Shown here: one piece after another, positions 60,674 through 64,000 of the stretch | Numbering within the stretch: position 1 is the stretch's first letter | Layout: the number at the start of each line of letters is the position of its first letter | Assembly: GCA_963847625.1 (NCBI GenBank) | Contig: CAWKAR010000057.1 | Coordinates: forward strand, 32,001 to 96,000 | Length of the DNA stretch: 64,000 nt | Direction: 5' to 3' | Source of the DNA: a candidate division FCPU426 bacterium | GTDB lineage: Bacteria; Oederibacteriota; Muellerivitia; Muellerivitales; Muellerivitaceae | Notes under the pieces: generated by a model | What the model was told of the DNA's origin: nothing | Seen by the model: the letters and a program-made list of their open reading frames with translations, nothing else | The model's database searches: none | Made by a program: the position numbers and the translations under genes

Positions 60674-61051
60674 ATGGGGCAAATTACGGTCGATGTATCC
60701 AGCCATCCTCAAAAAAACGATATCACTCTTTTAATCGTGAAGGGCCACATCGACACCGTCACGGCCCCCGAGTTCGATAAGCACCTTCGCTCGCTCCTGT
60801 CCGCCAATAAATTCAAGCTGATCGTGGATTTGAAAGATGTGCAATACATCAGCAGCGCGGGCTGGGGGATTTTCATCCGGGAACTCAAATACATCCGGAA
60901 ACAAAAAGGGGACCTGGTGCTGGCCGGCATGCAATCCGAGGTCGGGGATATCTACGATACCCTGGGATTCGCCAGCATGTTGAAGGCCTATCCGGACGTC
61001 GAAACCGCGGTTGAAAAACATTTCTCGGATGCGCTGGAGGGCCGCCGATAG
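60674..61051 (+). CDS. STAS-domain anti-sigma-factor antagonist
   Basis: GHIDTVTAPEF, VDL..V.YISSAGWG. Confidence 0.9.
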   Translation: MGQITVDVSSHPQKNDITLLIVKGHIDTVTAPEFDKHLRSLLSANKFKLIVDLKDVQYISSAGWGIFIRELKYIRKQKGDLVLAGMQSEVGDIYDTLGFASMLKAYPDVETAVEKHFSDALEGRR

Positions 61052-61081
61052 GCGGGTAGGTCAAATTGCTAAAAACCGTGT

Positions 61082-61113
61082 AAAAAAAAGGGCGGCAAAA
61101 TTTGCCGCCCTTT
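61082..61113. terminator. Intrinsic terminator between convergent genes
   Basis: AAAAAAAAGGGCGGCAAAATTTGCCGCCCTTT. Confidence 0.75.
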
Positions 61114-61140
61114 CGCGTCAGGCCAATTTTTTAAACTATT

Positions 61141-61596
61141 TTATTCAAACCCGTAAAACGAATATGGGATTTGCTTCGAGTCTTGCACAGTGCTATTCAC
61201 GTAAACACTTCCCATAGTGCTGTCATACAACCAGCCTTGCGATGCACCATCTGGTACTGAAACCATTGTCGTCATCGTCACTAAGGATCCCGCGGGGCTC
61301 ACCGCTCCTACCACAAAAGATCCCGTCACCTTCACAGGTGAAATGTTGTCCAAGTATTTGCTGAAAGAGTACACTTTGAAAGTCTGTAAAGTCGTCGGCC
61401 AAACTCCCTGGGCATCGCCATAATAGATCGAAGCCGCAGACTTCAGACTTCCCAGATTACCTTTTGTCGATCCCTCGCGAGACTTTTCCAGCATCTGCGC
61501 GAAACGCGGGATGGCGATAGCCGCCAAGATTCCGATAATCGCGACAACGATCATCAGTTCAATTAATGTAAAACCCTTTGCTTTCAAACGAATCAT
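61141..61596 (-). CDS. Type IV pilin / pseudopilin
   Basis: Class III signal KG-FTLIELMIVVAIIGILAAIAIP; GGAGG RBS. Confidence 0.92.
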   Translation of the reverse strand: MIRLKAKGFTLIELMIVVAIIGILAAIAIPRFAQMLEKSREGSTKGNLGSLKSAASIYYGDAQGVWPTTLQTFKVYSFSKYLDNISPVKVTGSFVVGAVSPAGSLVTMTTMVSVPDGASQGWLYDSTMGSVYVNSTVQDSKQIPYSFYGFE

Positions 61597-61664
61597 CTTC
61601 AGCCTCCTCTTAAGTTAAAGTTAAATCTGATCGATCAAATTTAACTTTATTCAACTCGAATCTT

Positions 61665-62000
61665 ATGACGCTCCAGACAAAGTTTCCGGCCTGTCCGGCG
61701 GTAATAAGGTCGCATTTTGCATATGGAAAAGTTTACATGGAATATGGAATGTATGAGCCCGCGGTCGCTCAAATCCAAGCGGCATTATTATTAGACCCCA
61801 ATTTCGCGGAAGCGGATGATTGTTTGGGCATGATTTATAAAAAGCAAGCCGATTTCGAGACAGCCATTGCCGCGTTTAAGAAAGCTTTAGCTTTAGAACC
61901 CCGCAATACCAATTACATGGAAAATCTCGCATCGGCTTATTTAGCGGCAAAAAAATATAATGAAGCTCTGGCTTTGTATCAAAAGCTATCAAATTCATAA
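61665..62000 (+). CDS. Short TPR-repeat protein
   Basis: ALLLDPNFAEA...LG..Y, AFKKALALEP.N...NLA.AY. Confidence 0.7.
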   Translation: MTLQTKFPACPAVIRSHFAYGKVYMEYGMYEPAVAQIQAALLLDPNFAEADDCLGMIYKKQADFETAIAAFKKALALEPRNTNYMENLASAYLAAKKYNEALALYQKLSNS

Positions 62001-62031
62001 ACGAAAAAAGCTTATGGCTTTTTAAAGTGAT

Positions 62032-62304
62032 TCAAAGATTTTTTAAGCTTCGTTCAAGTTCCTTGCGGTCCATGACCCGAAGGACCGCGATCTTTTCCTC
62101 CATCGGCTCAAAGATAGCCCGGTAATTCCTGATCCTCAAACGGTAAGGGTTTTTTTGCCCAGCGAGTTTCTTAACCTTGGGGGGAGGGGGCCAGGGTCGG
62201 TTTTGCAGGACTTCCAAAGCACCGAGGATTTCCCGGACGGTCTTTTTCTCCAGGGCGCGCAAATCCCGGAAAACCCGGGGGGAGAGGTCAATCCCTAAGG
62301 GCAT
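62032..62304 (-). CDS. RelE/ParE-family type II toxin
   Basis: KKLAG...YRLRI.NYRAIF...V.RV.DRK; directly after antitoxin. Confidence 0.85.
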   Translation of the reverse strand: MPLGIDLSPRVFRDLRALEKKTVREILGALEVLQNRPWPPPPKVKKLAGQKNPYRLRIRNYRAIFEPMEEKIAVLRVMDRKELERSLKNL

Positions 62305-62559
62305 TTATAATCCTAAGCGTTTACGGGCTTCGGAGAGGGAGAGCCCGCCTTTGGTTTTGTATTCCTTCCGGGATTCCTCGATTTGGGTCATGAATTCCGG
62401 TTGTTGATAAACCAAGTCCTCAATTTCATCCTCCGTCAAATGGAGCAAGATGGCTTGGGGTTTGCCGTGATTCGTGATAACGACCTTTTCCCCGTTTTCC
62501 ACTTGCTTCAGCACGCTGGGGGTTTTCAATCGCAAATCCCTGATATTCAGGAATTTCAT
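62305..62559 (-). CDS. Phd/YefM-family antitoxin
   Basis: NIRDLR......LKQV..GE.VVIT.HGKPQAIL; GGAG RBS before ATG 62559. Confidence 0.88.
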   Translation of the reverse strand: MKFLNIRDLRLKTPSVLKQVENGEKVVITNHGKPQAILLHLTEDEIEDLVYQQPEFMTQIEESRKEYKTKGGLSLSEARKRLGL

Positions 62560-62571
62560 GGTTTCTCCCAT

Positions 62572-62589
62572 GTTACTTTATTGAGTAAC
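62572..62589. promoter_or_regulatory. Probable toxin-antitoxin operator palindrome
   Basis: GTTAC-TTTATTGA-GTAAC just upstream of the antitoxin RBS. Confidence 0.55.
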
Positions 62590-62592
62590 TTA

Positions 62593-62826
62593 ATGGTGGA
62601 TCCTTACGGTAATGTTTTTGTCGCGGACACCCTCAATAACACGATCCGGGAAATCACCGCGAGCGGGGTTGTGACGACTTTGGCCGGTTCGGCTGGAGTG
62701 ACCGGCTCCGCCAACGGCCCCCTCTCCTCCGCGACCTTTAACAATCCCTTCGGAATCGCGGTGGATTCATCCGGGACCCTTTACATCGCTGATACCAATA
62801 ACAATCTCATCCGGAAAATCCAGTAA
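62593..62826 (+). pseudogene. 3' remnant of an NHL-repeat gene
   Basis: About 1.5 NHL repeats ending NNLIRKIQ*, like the end of the 3910 gene; no signal peptide or RBS. Confidence 0.65.
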
Positions 62827-62836
62827 AGAGAAAGTC

Positions 62837-64000
62837 TTAGTGGAGGGTTTCGCAATGGAGTCCCCCCGCGCCCCAGGGATACATGGGGACCGGAATGACC
62901 TGGTAACCGCATTTTTCGATTAGGGACTTTTGCTCATCGAAGACCGGATTATCCGAGCCGGAAGCCGCCCGCAGGACATTCCAAACATTAGAATAGGAGT
63001 TGATCACTCCCGAGAAATTCTGATCGGTCGGGTACTTGATCCAACTCGCGCACCAATTATTCAGGTCTCCCAAAGCGTTATAGATTCCGCGTTGGACGGA
63101 GGGCGCCCCATTCCTGGGAATGTTGTCGGGATATTTCGACAGCATCACGATTTCGCGTTTCTGGGCGGGGTCGTAATACTTGAGCAGGTTCGCGGGACTT
63201 CGGACAGGATGGTCCGCGAAGGGCAGGCGGATCACGTCGTAACCCAAGGATGACATTTCCAAAGCCGTGAGGTTGAATTCCTTTTGGAGGCGATTTCGAA
63301 AGGCTGAATCCAAGGGCTGGCCGGTGGTCGCGTCGATGGGATTCTCCAGGTAGGTTGGGATGAAAGCCCGTGGTTTGGGATTGTCGGCGATGACCGCGGC
63401 TAGCATGTCGAGATGGAATAGCTGGGGATCACCTTGGGAGGGATCCTCAAGCGCCGACTGGGGAAGGAAAACCACGGGTAACCCGAAAAAATCAGATTGA
63501 TAAGCTTGTTTGGCGTCCAGGATCTGGCCGATTGAAGCCTTTTGGGAAACCGGGAAGTCGCCTTGGAGCCTTTGGAGGTATCGGACGGCGGCAAAACGCC
63601 CAGCGAGAATGGCCGGCTGATTTCCGGGCCCCCATACCAATTCCAAGTCGCCGCCCTCGGTACTGACAGTAGGTCCAGTTTCCCGAACGGTAAAGTCATT
63701 AGGATATGCCTTGACCAACGAAGCCACCGTTCCACTGTACCAGCCTGGCTCACCCTTTCCGGTCATGATGACAATCCGGTCCAGTGGGTCCCTGCCCATG
63801 ACCTCCCCGATATCCTGGCTCCAAATCATCGGGTAGGGAGTCTCGTAAAAGCGCATCCTTTTCCGGAAATCCCCGCTTTTCCAACCCCAGCGGATTTGGA
63901 GGAACTCCTTGAACCAATCCTTTTCCCTCGCGGCGGGATACCCCACGTATATGAGAGTGTCCTTTGGGAGGATATTCCAGATCTGTCCGTAGGATATTTC
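62837..64000 (-). CDS. Pentein-superfamily (deiminase/amidinotransferase-like) protein, 5' partial
   Basis: EGGD, FHLDM and terminal GGLHCET motifs; frame open to the window edge. Confidence 0.7.
   Translation of the reverse strand, partial: EISYGQIWNILPKDTLIYVGYPAAREKDWFKEFLQIRWGWKSGDFRKRMRFYETPYPMIWSQDIGEVMGRDPLDRIVIMTGKGEPGWYSGTVASLVKAYPNDFTVRETGPTVSTEGGDLELVWGPGNQPAILAGRFAAVRYLQRLQGDFPVSQKASIGQILDAKQAYQSDFFGLPVVFLPQSALEDPSQGDPQLFHLDMLAAVIADNPKPRAFIPTYLENPIDATTGQPLDSAFRNRLQKEFNLTALEMSSLGYDVIRLPFADHPVRSPANLLKYYDPAQKREIVMLSKYPDNIPRNGAPSVQRGIYNALGDLNNWCASWIKYPTDQNFSGVINSYSNVWNVLRAASGSDNPVFDEQKSLIEKCGYQVIPVPMYPWGAGGLHCETLH

Noticed and set aside
62383..62592. N-terminal half of the 147-aa ORF 62383-62826
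   Set aside because: Antisense to the antitoxin gene; only the part from 62593 is NHL-like

Overview
Chromosomal window from a diderm bacterium with GC-rich coding and AT-rich intergenic DNA. Left to right: (1) 1-10.1 kb, secreted and lipoprotein genes with NHL propellers and Thr/Pro-rich linkers, separated by a conserved intergenic repeat; (2) an arsenic-resistance operon (arsR-arsM-acr3-arsC plus a C-GCAxxG-C-C protein); (3) an RpoD-family sigma factor behind a sigma54-type promoter; (4) a phosphate cluster (lipoprotein, porin, pstSCAB-phoU, phoBR, PHP phosphoesterase, Pit/DUF47) with an orphan kdpDE; (5) an Ech-type [NiFe]-hydrogenase operon echA-F with hypAB; (6) pilD, an ExeA-like ATPase, a TPR protein, and a PorV-like barrel gene coupled to a lectin/Thr-Pro/FlgD-CTD protein; (7) four paralogous small outer-membrane beta-barrel genes with different fused domains; (8) a WecA/MraY-like transferase, STAS protein, pilin, RelE/Phd toxin-antitoxin pair and a pentein-family enzyme running off the right edge. 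No rRNA, tRNA, CRISPR array, integrase or transposase was seen. About seven frame breaks, mostly single-base indels in short homopolymers, disrupt otherwise intact genes and are probably sequencing errors. Best leads: a T9SS-like cargo/PorV system, the modular beta-barrel array with a conserved leader motif, repeat-delimited surface-protein cassettes, several structured ncRNA candidates, two families of dispersed hairpin elements, and an apparent EchA-EchB fusion. All family assignments come from motif recognition by eye; no searches were run.
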